This document shows, piece after piece, positions 54,244 through 64,000 of a DNA stretch of 64,000 bases; position 1 is the stretch's first letter, and the number at the start of each line of letters is the position of its first letter. Both the position numbers and the translations under genes were made by a program. The stretch comes from Giardia intestinalis (lineage: Eukaryota): the NCBI GenBank assembly GCA_000002435.2, contig CM018793.1. The stretch is one strand, 5' to 3'. A model generated the notes under the pieces. That model made no database searches, had not been told where the DNA came from, and saw nothing but the letters and a program-made list of their open reading frames with translations.

Positions 54244-57200
54244 TCACTGGTTCAGCGCTGCAAACAAGGCTACGCCGCGCTTGGTCCACTTGGCACTTTC
54301 GTCGGCTTGAATCGGTAAATCCACGGGCATGATGAAATTGGTGCTGTGTCCTGTCGTACTCAGGACACCAGCGCGCGCAAGAGTTCGGTATGCAGGGCAC
54401 CGATATATTCTACGAGCAACCTCGGGGTCGACATCCTTCCCTTGCTCATCTGGAAGGAAGTGGATGACCGGCATCCGTGAATACAGCTCGCGAGAGTATG
54501 ATTCCTGGATAGTGCTGGTTTCCATGCACCACCTGGCCCCCTCCATATAGAGTCCGTAAACGTAACACCCATCTGTGTTTGAGCGGTGCAAAGCTTCTAC
54601 ACGAGTGTTGAGCTCTGGGCCTTCGTTGAGGAAGTTGGTTGTGTTTACCATTACATTGCTAATAGTAAATCTAAAGATGAGCTTATCGATTGCAATGACA
54701 TACTTTCTAGCAAAGTTCTGCAAACAGCCGGTCAAGAAGCCCTGCGTGAAGAAGAAGCCCGAGATCCAGAAGCAGATTGGAATCCCCTTCTCAATCCAGA
54801 CATTGATGAAGGATATCCGGTCCAAGAGGTCAATATAGTACGAAGCAAGAGGCTTGAGGCATGGATAGCTATATTTAAGCCACAGTGCTGGGGTTTTGTT
54901 GTTCGACAGGTTATCCGCCAGCTCTTCAAGCTCGGCGTTCATGACGGAGAAGCCCCGAATTGCCTTTTGTAGGTCTTGGAGAGACTTCTTGATATTTATA
55001 AGCAGCTTGTTATACCTCATACATTCTTGAACAAGAACAGTGTTGAACGACTCTTCATAACGCGTGGGATACTTCAGGCTGACCGCCTCAACGTCGAAAA
55101 GGTCGGGGCAGCGGTCTAGGAGCCCCTGGGCTTGATCGAGGAGAAGAACGTTTTTGTCATTTCCGGTGGAATTCTGGGAACTGTCTTCGGCGTCTCCGTC
55201 TTTGGTGTCTTTATTGTCTTTTGGTTGCAGCTTAATCAGGTCATTCAGCATGGCCTGCACAGCTTGATTATCGCAGGTTATGGCTGCATTCATGTGGAGG
55301 CCAAAGATTTCTGGTCTGGGGTCGTTGGGAATCTGCTCTCGGATACACTCCAGATAGTCCTTATAGTTTAGATTGTCTGGAAGCTGTTTGATCGAAACAA
55401 TCTCTGTGTCGTTCATCCGACTAAAGTCATAGCCCTCCACAAGGGCTTCGTCTGAAAGGTAGTCGTTAAGGATGGTAGTCAGACACCTCTCGTCGTTATA
55501 GTCTGTTACACGCCCGCAGTAGTTTATCTTTCCGAAAAGAAACTGGAGGACGTTGTACGGCACCGAAGTGTACGAATCAATGAAGAGACCTAGCTGTTTA
55601 AAGCACATGTCAAGATCGCCAGACGTGAAGTCGTAGGAGATGTTATATCCGAGCGGGCCAAATTTGCGCCTCTCCTGAGTGACAGCATGAAAGACCGACA
55701 TGGAGAAGGTAAGCTTCTTGAAGATCTGAATCTTTGTCGGATCGCCAGACTGTATCGTCTCGTTAAGAATTTTATCGTTCAGGTTGCTGTACGTTCTAAG
55801 CACATTGTTACGCATCCCGAGGGCGGCTTCGTTTGTCATTTTAACGGAGTTCTGCAGAATAGAGACAGGGAATTGTTCGCTGGGCATAGAGGTGAGCCAC
55901 AGCCTGAAGTCGCGATGAATATTTGAGGGATCGGAGCTTAGTTGTTCAATAATCTTGTCTAGCTCTGGCATCCACGAGACCGCCAGGTGGCAGTTCATGA
56001 GAATGATCCACGAGCCCCGCTCGATACCTTGAGTAATCAACTGGCTTGCTATCGCTCCCTGTCCTTGGCCCAGAGAGATGGACTGCATCTTTCGGCTCAT
56101 CCTCATTTCGTCTGCGAAGCGGAAAAGGTCGGCCATGGGATCTGATCCGCTACTCAAAATGAAGAGCAGGGGCGTAACATTGTTGGAGTCCTTAAAGGAG
56201 AGCTCTAGATTGAAGAGTTGCGGTTCGTTAAAGCGTGGTCCAAGCTCCTGCTCTATGTATATACGAGAGTACGCGATAATCTTGTCTGGACGAATGCACA
56301 TGAGTGGTAGAAACCGCTGGAAGGGAGTGAGTGCGTCTTGGTATGGCTGTGGGATTGGAAGCGTCTCGGGTTGTGAACTCTCAAACATTCGCCTCCAGAT
56401 AGCCTGGTTTTCTTTGTTGGCAAACGTATTAGAAAAGCCTTTGAAAGTACCTGAAACGTTGTCCAGATCACATATGTTGATCCAAGACCTCTCACTGAGC
56501 CATTCGGGGCACGGGTTAGGCTTTGGGGCCGTTGCAGACGCAGACCCAATAAGCAGATATCGAAGCTCGTTGGTGTTGAGGTCTCCGGCATGGTGCTTTA
56601 TGCGTATCGCTACTAGCACGGCGAAAAGAAGCTTATGGACTTCGAAGAGAGACCTGCAAATAGTGGTGTAAAGGTAATAGGTAAAGTGATCAATCAAGTT
56701 CTCTAAGCGTACACTCAGCTCGTCGGCCTGCTCAGCGTCAGCTATTGCTTGGACAAAAAGACTAACGTACCACTGCAAGGAGTATTGGTACATGCTGTCG
56801 ATGTTCGCCATATCACAGCAGCAGAAGTACAGGATGCTAGCACGCGTGGCAACAGGGCGGTACAGCTCGCGCGTGACATCAATCTCTTTTTCGGTCTTTT
56901 CAGACTCGGCAACCTTCGTCGCGATTTCCTGGCTAGTCTTCTGAGACTGCGATAGCGTCTCTATCAGTGTTTCGTCCGACAGGATATCGCCCGTAGACTC
57001 CGAGAGAAGCCTGAGGATCGTTGCCTCAAGGGACTTGAGCTCCTGACGCATTCGACTGTTGCTTATGACAAGCTGGCTCTTCATGCTTTCGAGGTCCTGG
57101 CGTTCTCTGTTCACGACGGTGGCCAACAGCTGCTCCTCAAGCCCGGACTCGTTGATGGCAAAGTTGAGGGTTAGGACCTTGACTGCGTTTTCTGGAGAGT

Positions 57201-60200
57201 ATTTTGGGTTTGGCAAGCTTGTGACAAGGTAAACCCTGAAGTTCGGATTATATGGAATAATCTGGTCTCCTAGTTTTATCACCACAGTGTTCCCATCCTT
57301 GTAAACTTGCTTCTGCAGAATTCCGTCAAGTGCAGGGTCGATCTCCTCCAAGAGATTGACGATCATAACCGGCTTGCCAAAGCGCAATGCATTCTCCATG
57401 GTTCTGAGGAGATCTTTGTCGCTTGCTTTGCAAACTGTGAGCGAATTGTCCTTCTCCATGTTACGGACGAACTTCATGCCCTGGCCCTGTGGGTCAATGA
57501 GTAGTGGATACTTGTCACTATTGTACATAAAAAGAGCGTTCTCTATCGAGTGATTATCCGAGGGCAATCCGTTGACATGGAAATGCTGAATTTCAACCTC
57601 GTCAGAAAGTATCTCCTTCAGGTTTAAGTGTTCTCCTGTAGAGCGCGGTATGTTCAGCTCATCAATGAACTTAATCCAGCTCTGGGCAATCTTTGTTCTG
57701 AACTGCGATGTAAATGCGCCGAGGTAGACGATGCATCCAGCAGAGAACAGACAGTCTCCGAGGATGGAGCTCAGCTTCTTGTCCATGTCGGCCATAGCCT
57801 GCGTCCAACGATCCTTTTCTCCGCCAAGCCCACTTATCAGCTTTTCAGCCCTCTCGAGTTTCAGCCCTGTCTCCTCAACCTGGCGAGTAAGGTCCTCCTT
57901 CTTTTCAACAGCTGCCGAGAATTGCGCTTCCAGTTGGGCAATCTTATTTTCAACGGTATTTAGCTCATCCACCAGCTTATCCAGGTTCTGCTGGACAATT
58001 GTTAGCTCTCCCTCTGCTTCGGCAAGCTTTTGACGTTTAGGCTCGACCTGTTTCGCCACGTGATAGTACTTGTTCATAGCGTGCACCCAGGAACACATCG
58101 CCATGGCGGCCTTGGACTTCTTCTCAATCTCCTTCGGAACAAATTCTGGGTCAACAATATACTTTTGAATCTTCTTTATGATGTCTGGTTTGATGTTATC
58201 TCGATCGTAGTTCATAAGCTTGTCTAGAAGACCACGAGGATCCGAAAGTAGCTTTTTGCTAGGGTCCCAATAATCCTCGATAAACTGGCCTGGCTTATCC
58301 TTGTCTTGAACGCGATTGCCCTTGACGCCGAAGAATTGACAGACCGCTTCAAGGACCAACTTGACACCGTAGGGTGGGCTAGTGTAGTGTCCAATTTCAG
58401 AGAGATCTGAAACCTTCAGGGACTTAAGCGCTTCGAGAGCAGCTTCGAGGGCGGGAATTGCCTCTGCCAAATCGCGCTCAGCATCATTCTTGATAGCTTC
58501 ACACTCGTCGCGCTTCGCTGCAGCAATTTGTTTCTCCTTCGCGACAACTTGCCTGGTCTTATCGGCTTCTGTTTTGTCCTTATCAAGATCAACCATCATG
58601 GCCTCCACCTCTGTCTGCGTCCGCTCAAGGACGGGTTGGAGCGCAATGAGATCTTCCTGCATCTTTGCAACCATAGTTTGTGTGTCCAGAAGCTTGTGCA
58701 GCCCAGATTTAAGTTGCATCTTGTACTCATTAACCTTGTTGTACTGGGCCTGGAGAACGCGTGCAAAGGTGGATAAGAGCGTAAGATAAAGAGTTGGGGT
58801 GATATGATTTAGACGTCCTGACTCTTCCTTGTACCTCTTGGACCAGGTTTCGATAGAGATATGGAATCGCATGCATAGCTTGATAATTGAGTTCTGTAAG
58901 AGGGTCTTTTTCTCCTTCCTCTTAGTCTCATCTAGCTCCATCCCAGACTGCTCGTCCAGATAAGCATTGAGAAACTCGGATTGCGGAGAGTCTGGGAAGC
59001 ATGTCACACCCTGTTCTATTAAAGCATAATTATAGACACTGCGACCAACGTCGATCAGCGCCTCATCTGGCCATCCTGTGAACCAGTCCAGCGTGCAGCA
59101 ATTGACCAGAGATGGGAAGTTCCGAAGGCGTGTTCTGAGTGCTGCAGACGGACTGAAGGTCAGAACCAAGTGGATATTGGCCTTGACCCGGGTAAGATAC
59201 GCATCAAAGAGGGCTATCTTTGTAGGCTGGAGGCCCTTCTCCATACACAGTGGTCGTACGGCTGCGAAGATTGTCTCCATATCGTTTAGGTCATAGAGGT
59301 TCTGGATGTCAGCAGTGTTCAGGATTGCGTTGATATCTTCCACCATCGCCTCGTTGACAATCATGGAGTCTGTAAAGAGGAAGACAATCTGCTTATTGTC
59401 TACACCAGCAGTCATCAGAATCTTCTTCAAGTCATCGCGCCATTCTGGTATCCCGTAGTTCTTTCGTAGTTCAATTGTGTGTAGATCATACTCGGCAAGA
59501 AAGGCGCTAAGACGCGCCAGGCTACTACGACCAGAGCCCCCAAGGCCTATCAGCAAGCAGTTTCCACCGGGTTGGCGCAAAATGCGTGAGATCCTGCTTA
59601 GGTGCGAGATGGCATCCCTGAACATAACGAGGTTCATCTGCTTGCTGTTCTGATCGTTATAATCGTTGAGAGTGTCTGAAAGAACATGAGAAAGAGCAGG
59701 TATATCAGTAATTTCTTTGTAAGGCCGAATTGCCTGCTGTGGATTAGCAAAGTTACCAAAAAGAAGAGTGTCTGGGTGCTTGCCCTCTAAGACGTCCTTA
59801 TCCAGATCACGGTTAAAGAAGTTGCTTGTCTGCTTTGTCAAAAGCTTCTCAAACCAATGCCTATCGTGGTCATCGACCAAACGATCGTAATACACTCGCA
59901 TGTTCTCGTGGATCCAGAGTCTGATTAAGTTCTTCTCAACATCAGCGATAGAATAGGGGACGGTGGATCCATCATTGCTGAGCTTAGCGACAACGCTGAG
60001 AGGGTCTATCATGAGGATGCCCTGGAACACTTTAGAGAGATCGCGCAGATTGAAAACATAGTGGGACTTCTCTGGAGTTGGCAGAAGTTCCGCCCTTGCA
60101 CTGTTGTACACACTGAGAGAAGCGTCAACAAGAATCTGGCACCGCTTCTTCACCTCGTCAGCCAGGTCTGCTGCCGACGCCGTTGTGAAGGATCTGCCGG

Positions 60201-63200
60201 ACCACCACTTAACAATAGTCGAAAAAATGCCCTTAAGGCCGTTATCGTTCATCTCTGGAAAGACCAGAAAGTTCAGATGCCTTTGCATACGATTTGTTAT
60301 TGTCTGTCGTCCACCTCCAGGCGGCCCCATAGCCGTGATGAGATACGTGTCAATGATCTGCTTAAAGAAAAGCTCGTCTCGGTCGTACCAGCCGCCGTGA
60401 TCCACCATTTGCCGAATAAGTTCAATGACAGGAATAGCTCCGTACTTCTCCTTGTTAGGAAGATTAAGGTCATCTATGAAAAGCACAAACTTCTTCCCTG
60501 CTACAGGCCCATAAACGCCCTTCCTCCGCTTCTCCATCTTTCCATCTATAAAATCTTGGGTCTGATTCGCCCCCGTCCTAGCGGAAAAGTTCAAAAAGAT
60601 AGGGATGTTTGTAGTCATGTCACTCGCGGGGCCTCGGAGAAGGTAATTCTTTATAACACTAGTCTTACCGGTTCCAGTTTGACCCACAGCAAGCACTGGG
60701 AATCCATTTAGAAGAAGCTTACGGACAAGATAGCTCGAGCGAACGGTGTCGGCTGTGGGAATGAAGATGTCTTGGAATTCAACGGTCTTGTTGGGACCTG
60801 TCCCCAGGCTGTCAATGGAAAATTCTGGGATTGTCTGCATCCATGGCACCCAGCGCGGTTGGTTCTCACCTTCTTCGTTATCATCCATAGTTACTTTGGC
60901 ATCTATCGGCGGATAGACAAAACAGTAATCGTAAATAGTCGTTGGATGACCGGTCTGGGGGTCTTTTTCAGGAAGCGGAAAATCTGCCAAGTAGCCGCCC
61001 TCGTTGATCCTTGCTCTTAGCCAGTTGTCAAAGCGCTTTCTGTCGTCTTCTGTCGCGATATTGCTGCCAACACCCCAAGCCAGAGCGAAGAAGAAGAAGA
61101 CCTCGAGATAAGTGTTCAGTGTGTCGATCTTCTGTTCCTCAATGACATTAAACTCATTTGGCTTGAACTCTCGGATGAAGCAATCAAGGATTTTAGTCGT
61201 TGCATGTATAAGATTTTGAGGGCACGATTTTATCATGCTCTGCGTGTTTTTGGCTACAAAATCAAGTGAGTCGTTGAGGTGTGAAACGAACAACTCCTTA
61301 AAGCGCTTTGCCACATCGGAGTACCTCTCCGTGACACCGAGGCGCGACTTCATCGAGGTTCCGCGAGAAGAATCAGCGTTTGCACTCTTTCCACGAGCAG
61401 CATTAGTCCCGACAACGCGCAAATCATCAGGAAGACGGTCAATCCATGTGTCGACATAGGCTGATGAGCTGACTGTGTCCAACCCATTGAAGAAGATCAT
61501 GCCTGCACGACTGACGGTGGCTGGGGAGGCTTCGGCGAGATCCTCGACTTCAAAAACAAGACTAATCACATTCGTTAAGGCAATGATTTCGCCAGATGTC
61601 AAACAGAGTTTCTTGTTGTCATCGAGAACAGTGTTCATAGACTCTATCCACAAGGCATCGATGGGTCCACAGATATGGAGCCACTGCCGCACATGGTCGA
61701 ACTTCCGGACGAATGCCGGTCCGTTCACCTGAGATATCGTTAAGATATTCTTGTCGGTGACACCATCGTTTTGCAAATACATAGACTGCTCAATATAAGT
61801 CGTATGCGCATTGTACGCAGCCACCGACTTTCTGATCAGGTCGGCCAGAATACCATCAGACCATTCGTGGGATACCAGGTCAAATTCACCATAAAGCTGG
61901 CCCATCGTGATAGACTTTGGATTAATGCGGTGGATCACTGCCTTCATGAATGTGTAGTCCTCGGGGATCTCCTTGTCCGCCTCAGCCAGGGTCATGCCGG
62001 GGTTGCTTCGGAGAAGCTTATTAAAGTGTGCAAGTCTAGCGTCATATTCTTCCTGATTAAGCTTGTTGAGTGCCAAGGCCAGCGCCTCAAGAGCCACGGT
62101 CTTTCCAGAAGACGTCTGGCCAACGGTCATGAGACCGTGACGAAGCAGAACAGTCTGGTACACCTCGATGACCTTATTGATGAACGATTCCTCTATCTGC
62201 ATATAGCCCATCTGATTGGACCGCAGCACGTATGTAATGCTTTCAATAAGTTTGGTGAAGTCGACATGCGGTGATTCTGTCCCTGGGAACATATCCTTGA
62301 CGATGTTGCCAAAAAGAATAACGTCATTGCTGAGGAACTTAGGTACGTTGACCTCTTTAATAGCGCGCAAAAGAATTTGCTCCTCTGTAACAGTTAGCTT
62401 TCCGTTGGACGTGTACTCCCGAATCATGTTGCCGGCAGCCTGAAGAGTGGTGTTGAGCGCACGCATGCCAAAGTCGTAGTGGTCCTGTGACGATAGTTGT
62501 TCTGAACTAAGCTTAAACGACGCAGTCGTCTTACGGGCAAGGATCTTCGCATTCTTGTATCCAAAGCTATAGAGCCGTATTTCTGCAATAAGAGAATAGT
62601 CTGGAACCATACACGAAACCGACCTAAACAAAGCCTTAAGATTGTCAGGCAGCTCAACGCGACCAGCGTATCCTGGGTTCATTGTGATGAACACAGCGCA
62701 GGTTGGCTTGAGGCTGATCTCGCGGCCTTCAAAGAGGAAGCGCTCCTGCCTGTTAATGATGGCACGTTGAATCGTCAAAATCTGCTGAGCGATAACAGAA
62801 AGAACCTCTATGTCAATGCGGTTGAATTCATCGAAGCAGCTCCAAGCTCCAGACATCGCCAGTCCGGTGAAGAACTTCCCCATGGCCTTGTAGTCTAGAC
62901 CCTCAGAGCAGTTGAAGACAATAACTGGCTGTGCGAGGGCTTTTGCAAGATCCTTTGTAGACTCTGTTTTTCCTGTTCCCGCAGGTCCTGCGGGAGCGCC
63001 TCCAAGATAGTTTGAAAGGGCAGAGGTCAAGGTAATATAGATTCTATCAGTAAGAGGAGTAATGACAAGTCGGGATGTATTGCCTAAATATTCAAAACCA
63101 TAGGGATAAGTGGTCTGAACCTGTCGGATATGCATGTCGATTTGATTATTGGTCTTGGTGAAATAAGTTCTGGCCGCAGACTGGACCTGAATAACACCGG

Positions 63201-64000
63201 TGTCTTCATTAGTCTCCAAGGAACCAGGATCAATATTCTGAATGGCTATGTCCAAAAGATCTTCTGGCTTGCTCTGATCAGGAACGTTGCAGACATAGTA
63301 TCGAAGCTGCGACATCCACTCGAAGTCCGACGTGCGCGTGATCTTCGCCTTAACGAGGTTAGCGACTGTGTCTCTGTTGTGAACGTCGAGGGTTAGAAGA
63401 GCTGCTAAAGTCTTTGCCTCAAGCTTCGTGAGTCCCTGCCTCACAAGGTCTGTCAGAGACGAAAGTTGCTCCTCTTGCCGAGCATAGAATTCTTCTATTC
63501 TCCCTTCTACAATAGCTGTTTCTGTGTCTGAGCAGAAGAAGAGCTGGCTTGCAGCCAGTACGCCCTGGGCAAAGAAACGGCGCACCCACTGAGAGCGGCC
63601 CTTGATTCCGTCACTGACCCACGCGACTTGATACGCCAAGATAGACTCAAAAATGCGCTGGCGAACGGTCCGAATCATCATCTTCTCGAGATTGCCCATC
63701 CAAACCTCAACAGACCCCTTCGGATAAAGAGGCTCGGAAAACTCAACCCACTCACCTTCGTGAGAGAACATCCCGCTCATCTGGTAATCCTGCTCCTCTG
63801 GGGCAAACTTGACCCGGTTGATATTTTCGAAGCAAGACCTGAAGTAAGGTTGTACGCAGTTCGGATCTCTTGTCTGAGATAAGATGGATAGGAGCTCTGC
63901 ATCGGACAGAAAGTAGAATCGGGGAAATGCTTGCCTTTTCGCCTCAAGATAGTCTGAAAGACCCTTCTGAACCGTATCAAGGATCTTATTGGACTCTCGA
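54244..64000 (-). CDS. dynein heavy chain, C-terminal ~3,250 codons (motor domain); the 5' end lies beyond the window edge
   Basis: Four P-loops sit at the expected spacing: AAA1 'GPAGTGKTETTKDLAKAL', AAA2 'GQTSSGKT', AAA3 'GQTGTGKTS', AAA4 'GLGGSGRSSL'. A stalk coiled coil and a C-terminal domain are present. I translated the minus strand above the ORF-track ATG (63780). The frame stays open to position 64000 and encodes '...LDTVQKGLSDYLEAKRQAFPRFYFLSDAELLSILSQTRDPNCVQPYFRSCFENINRVKF', which is the conserved DHC linker motif. The gene is therefore cut by the window boundary and does not start at 63780. Confidence 0.9.
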   Translation of the reverse strand, partial: RESNKILDTVQKGLSDYLEAKRQAFPRFYFLSDAELLSILSQTRDPNCVQPYFRSCFENINRVKFAPEEQDYQMSGMFSHEGEWVEFSEPLYPKGSVEVWMGNLEKMMIRTVRQRIFESILAYQVAWVSDGIKGRSQWVRRFFAQGVLAASQLFFCSDTETAIVEGRIEEFYARQEEQLSSLTDLVRQGLTKLEAKTLAALLTLDVHNRDTVANLVKAKITRTSDFEWMSQLRYYVCNVPDQSKPEDLLDIAIQNIDPGSLETNEDTGVIQVQSAARTYFTKTNNQIDMHIRQVQTTYPYGFEYLGNTSRLVITPLTDRIYITLTSALSNYLGGAPAGPAGTGKTESTKDLAKALAQPVIVFNCSEGLDYKAMGKFFTGLAMSGAWSCFDEFNRIDIEVLSVIAQQILTIQRAIINRQERFLFEGREISLKPTCAVFITMNPGYAGRVELPDNLKALFRSVSCMVPDYSLIAEIRLYSFGYKNAKILARKTTASFKLSSEQLSSQDHYDFGMRALNTTLQAAGNMIREYTSNGKLTVTEEQILLRAIKEVNVPKFLSNDVILFGNIVKDMFPGTESPHVDFTKLIESITYVLRSNQMGYMQIEESFINKVIEVYQTVLLRHGLMTVGQTSSGKTVALEALALALNKLNQEEYDARLAHFNKLLRSNPGMTLAEADKEIPEDYTFMKAVIHRINPKSITMGQLYGEFDLVSHEWSDGILADLIRKSVAAYNAHTTYIEQSMYLQNDGVTDKNILTISQVNGPAFVRKFDHVRQWLHICGPIDALWIESMNTVLDDNKKLCLTSGEIIALTNVISLVFEVEDLAEASPATVSRAGMIFFNGLDTVSSSAYVDTWIDRLPDDLRVVGTNAARGKSANADSSRGTSMKSRLGVTERYSDVAKRFKELFVSHLNDSLDFVAKNTQSMIKSCPQNLIHATTKILDCFIREFKPNEFNVIEEQKIDTLNTYLEVFFFFALAWGVGSNIATEDDRKRFDNWLRARINEGGYLADFPLPEKDPQTGHPTTIYDYCFVYPPIDAKVTMDDNEEGENQPRWVPWMQTIPEFSIDSLGTGPNKTVEFQDIFIPTADTVRSSYLVRKLLLNGFPVLAVGQTGTGKTSVIKNYLLRGPASDMTTNIPIFLNFSARTGANQTQDFIDGKMEKRRKGVYGPVAGKKFVLFIDDLNLPNKEKYGAIPVIELIRQMVDHGGWYDRDELFFKQIIDTYLITAMGPPGGGRQTITNRMQRHLNFLVFPEMNDNGLKGIFSTIVKWWSGRSFTTASAADLADEVKKRCQILVDASLSVYNSARAELLPTPEKSHYVFNLRDLSKVFQGILMIDPLSVVAKLSNDGSTVPYSIADVEKNLIRLWIHENMRVYYDRLVDDHDRHWFEKLLTKQTSNFFNRDLDKDVLEGKHPDTLLFGNFANPQQAIRPYKEITDIPALSHVLSDTLNDYNDQNSKQMNLVMFRDAISHLSRISRILRQPGGNCLLIGLGGSGRSSLARLSAFLAEYDLHTIELRKNYGIPEWRDDLKKILMTAGVDNKQIVFLFTDSMIVNEAMVEDINAILNTADIQNLYDLNDMETIFAAVRPLCMEKGLQPTKIALFDAYLTRVKANIHLVLTFSPSAALRTRLRNFPSLVNCCTLDWFTGWPDEALIDVGRSVYNYALIEQGVTCFPDSPQSEFLNAYLDEQSGMELDETKRKEKKTLLQNSIIKLCMRFHISIETWSKRYKEESGRLNHITPTLYLTLLSTFARVLQAQYNKVNEYKMQLKSGLHKLLDTQTMVAKMQEDLIALQPVLERTQTEVEAMMVDLDKDKTEADKTRQVVAKEKQIAAAKRDECEAIKNDAERDLAEAIPALEAALEALKSLKVSDLSEIGHYTSPPYGVKLVLEAVCQFFGVKGNRVQDKDKPGQFIEDYWDPSKKLLSDPRGLLDKLMNYDRDNIKPDIIKKIQKYIVDPEFVPKEIEKKSKAAMAMCSWVHAMNKYYHVAKQVEPKRQKLAEAEGELTIVQQNLDKLVDELNTVENKIAQLEAQFSAAVEKKEDLTRQVEETGLKLERAEKLISGLGGEKDRWTQAMADMDKKLSSILGDCLFSAGCIVYLGAFTSQFRTKIAQSWIKFIDELNIPRSTGEHLNLKEILSDEVEIQHFHVNGLPSDNHSIENALFMYNSDKYPLLIDPQGQGMKFVRNMEKDNSLTVCKASDKDLLRTMENALRFGKPVMIVNLLEEIDPALDGILQKQVYKDGNTVVIKLGDQIIPYNPNFRVYLVTSLPNPKYSPENAVKVLTLNFAINESGLEEQLLATVVNRERQDLESMKSQLVISNSRMRQELKSLEATILRLLSESTGDILSDETLIETLSQSQKTSQEIATKVAESEKTEKEIDVTRELYRPVATRASILYFCCCDMANIDSMYQYSLQWYVSLFVQAIADAEQADELSVRLENLIDHFTYYLYTTICRSLFEVHKLLFAVLVAIRIKHHAGDLNTNELRYLLIGSASATAPKPNPCPEWLSERSWINICDLDNVSGTFKGFSNTFANKENQAIWRRMFESSQPETLPIPQPYQDALTPFQRFLPLMCIRPDKIIAYSRIYIEQELGPRFNEPQLFNLELSFKDSNNVTPLLFILSSGSDPMADLFRFADEMRMSRKMQSISLGQGQGAIASQLITQGIERGSWIILMNCHLAVSWMPELDKIIEQLSSDPSNIHRDFRLWLTSMPSEQFPVSILQNSVKMTNEAALGMRNNVLRTYSNLNDKILNETIQSGDPTKIQIFKKLTFSMSVFHAVTQERRKFGPLGYNISYDFTSGDLDMCFKQLGLFIDSYTSVPYNVLQFLFGKINYCGRVTDYNDERCLTTILNDYLSDEALVEGYDFSRMNDTEIVSIKQLPDNLNYKDYLECIREQIPNDPRPEIFGLHMNAAITCDNQAVQAMLNDLIKLQPKDNKDTKDGDAEDSSQNSTGNDKNVLLLDQAQGLLDRCPDLFDVEAVSLKYPTRYEESFNTVLVQECMRYNKLLINIKKSLQDLQKAIRGFSVMNAELEELADNLSNNKTPALWLKYSYPCLKPLASYYIDLLDRISFINVWIEKGIPICFWISGFFFTQGFLTGCLQNFARKYVIAIDKLIFRFTISNVMVNTTNFLNEGPELNTRVEALHRSNTDGCYVYGLYMEGARWCMETSTIQESYSRELYSRMPVIHFLPDEQGKDVDPEVARRIYRCPAYRTLARAGVLSTTGHSTNFIMPVDLPIQADESAKWTKRGVALFAALNQ

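Noticed and set aside
4485-54400. ORF-track start coordinates at 4485, 11491, 17084, 25333, 25753, 34890, 36709 (plus strand), 48084 and 54400
   Set aside because: Reading the sequence shows these ORFs open on TTG or GTG codons, not ATG. Several would create implausible overlaps with neighbouring genes. I moved each start to the first in-frame ATG with an AT-rich initiator: 4458, 11422, 17063, 25324, 25774, 34875, 36751, 48126 and 54220.
63778-64000. Split or trans-spliced dynein heavy-chain fragment starting at ATG 63780 (Giardia has known split dynein genes)
   Set aside because: The reading frame upstream of that ATG has no stop through position 64000 and encodes the conserved DHC linker motif (FPRFYFLSDAELLSILSQTRDPNCVQPYF). 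No 3' splice motif is present. The gene is truncated by the window edge.
1-64000. Prokaryotic-style systems (CRISPR arrays, operons, defence islands, IS elements) and Giardia retrotransposons (GilM/GilT/GilD)
   Set aside because: The locus is eukaryotic (Giardia). No direct-repeat/spacer arrays, no reverse-transcriptase (YxDD) or transposase signatures, and no rRNA or tRNA genes were seen.

Overview
This window is a gene-dense, intron-poor eukaryotic locus, and I am confident it is nuclear DNA of the diplomonad Giardia intestinalis (lamblia). The taxonomic inference rests on: (i) NEK-type kinases fused to ankyrin repeats carrying the Giardia 'TALM' signature, and stand-alone 'protein 21.1'-like ankyrin proteins; (ii) a CXXC/GGCY-rich high-cysteine membrane protein (HCMP); (iii) intergenic spacers that are tiny or absent (8-130 bp, with some same-strand overlaps); (iv) short AT-rich initiator elements directly 5' of the ATGs; (v) AGTRAAY polyadenylation signals within about 30 nt of stop codons. 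I recognised 28 protein-coding genes and found no rRNA, tRNA, transposon or CRISPR. A technical point affects the coordinates. The supplied ORF track opens several ORFs on TTG or GTG codons. I re-read those starts from the sequence and moved them to the first in-frame ATG that carries an AT-rich initiator. This applies to the genes at 4458, 11422, 17063, 25324, 25774, 34875, 48126 and 54220. The recognisable genes are: a C-terminal dynein heavy-chain fragment of more than 3,200 codons whose frame stays open to the window edge; a DEAD-box RNA helicase; an AAAP-family amino-acid transporter; a histidine acid phosphatase; an ARF-like GTPase; a replication-protein-A large-subunit homologue; an FG-repeat protein with a coiled-coil tail that looks like a Nup62/Nsp1-type nucleoporin; a DPY-30-domain protein; a SPRY-domain protein; a DUSP-fold protein with a mutated catalytic loop; three kinase or pseudokinase genes, one of which has tandem kinase domains followed by ankyrin repeats; two ankyrin (21.1-type) genes; an HCMP gene; two very long repeat-built coiled-coil genes placed head-to-head; and several lineage-specific hypotheticals, including a 1,330-aa protein of unknown function. 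I found no discrete, previously undescribed multi-gene system that I can defend from sequence alone. The findings below are therefore individual genes and architectural oddities.
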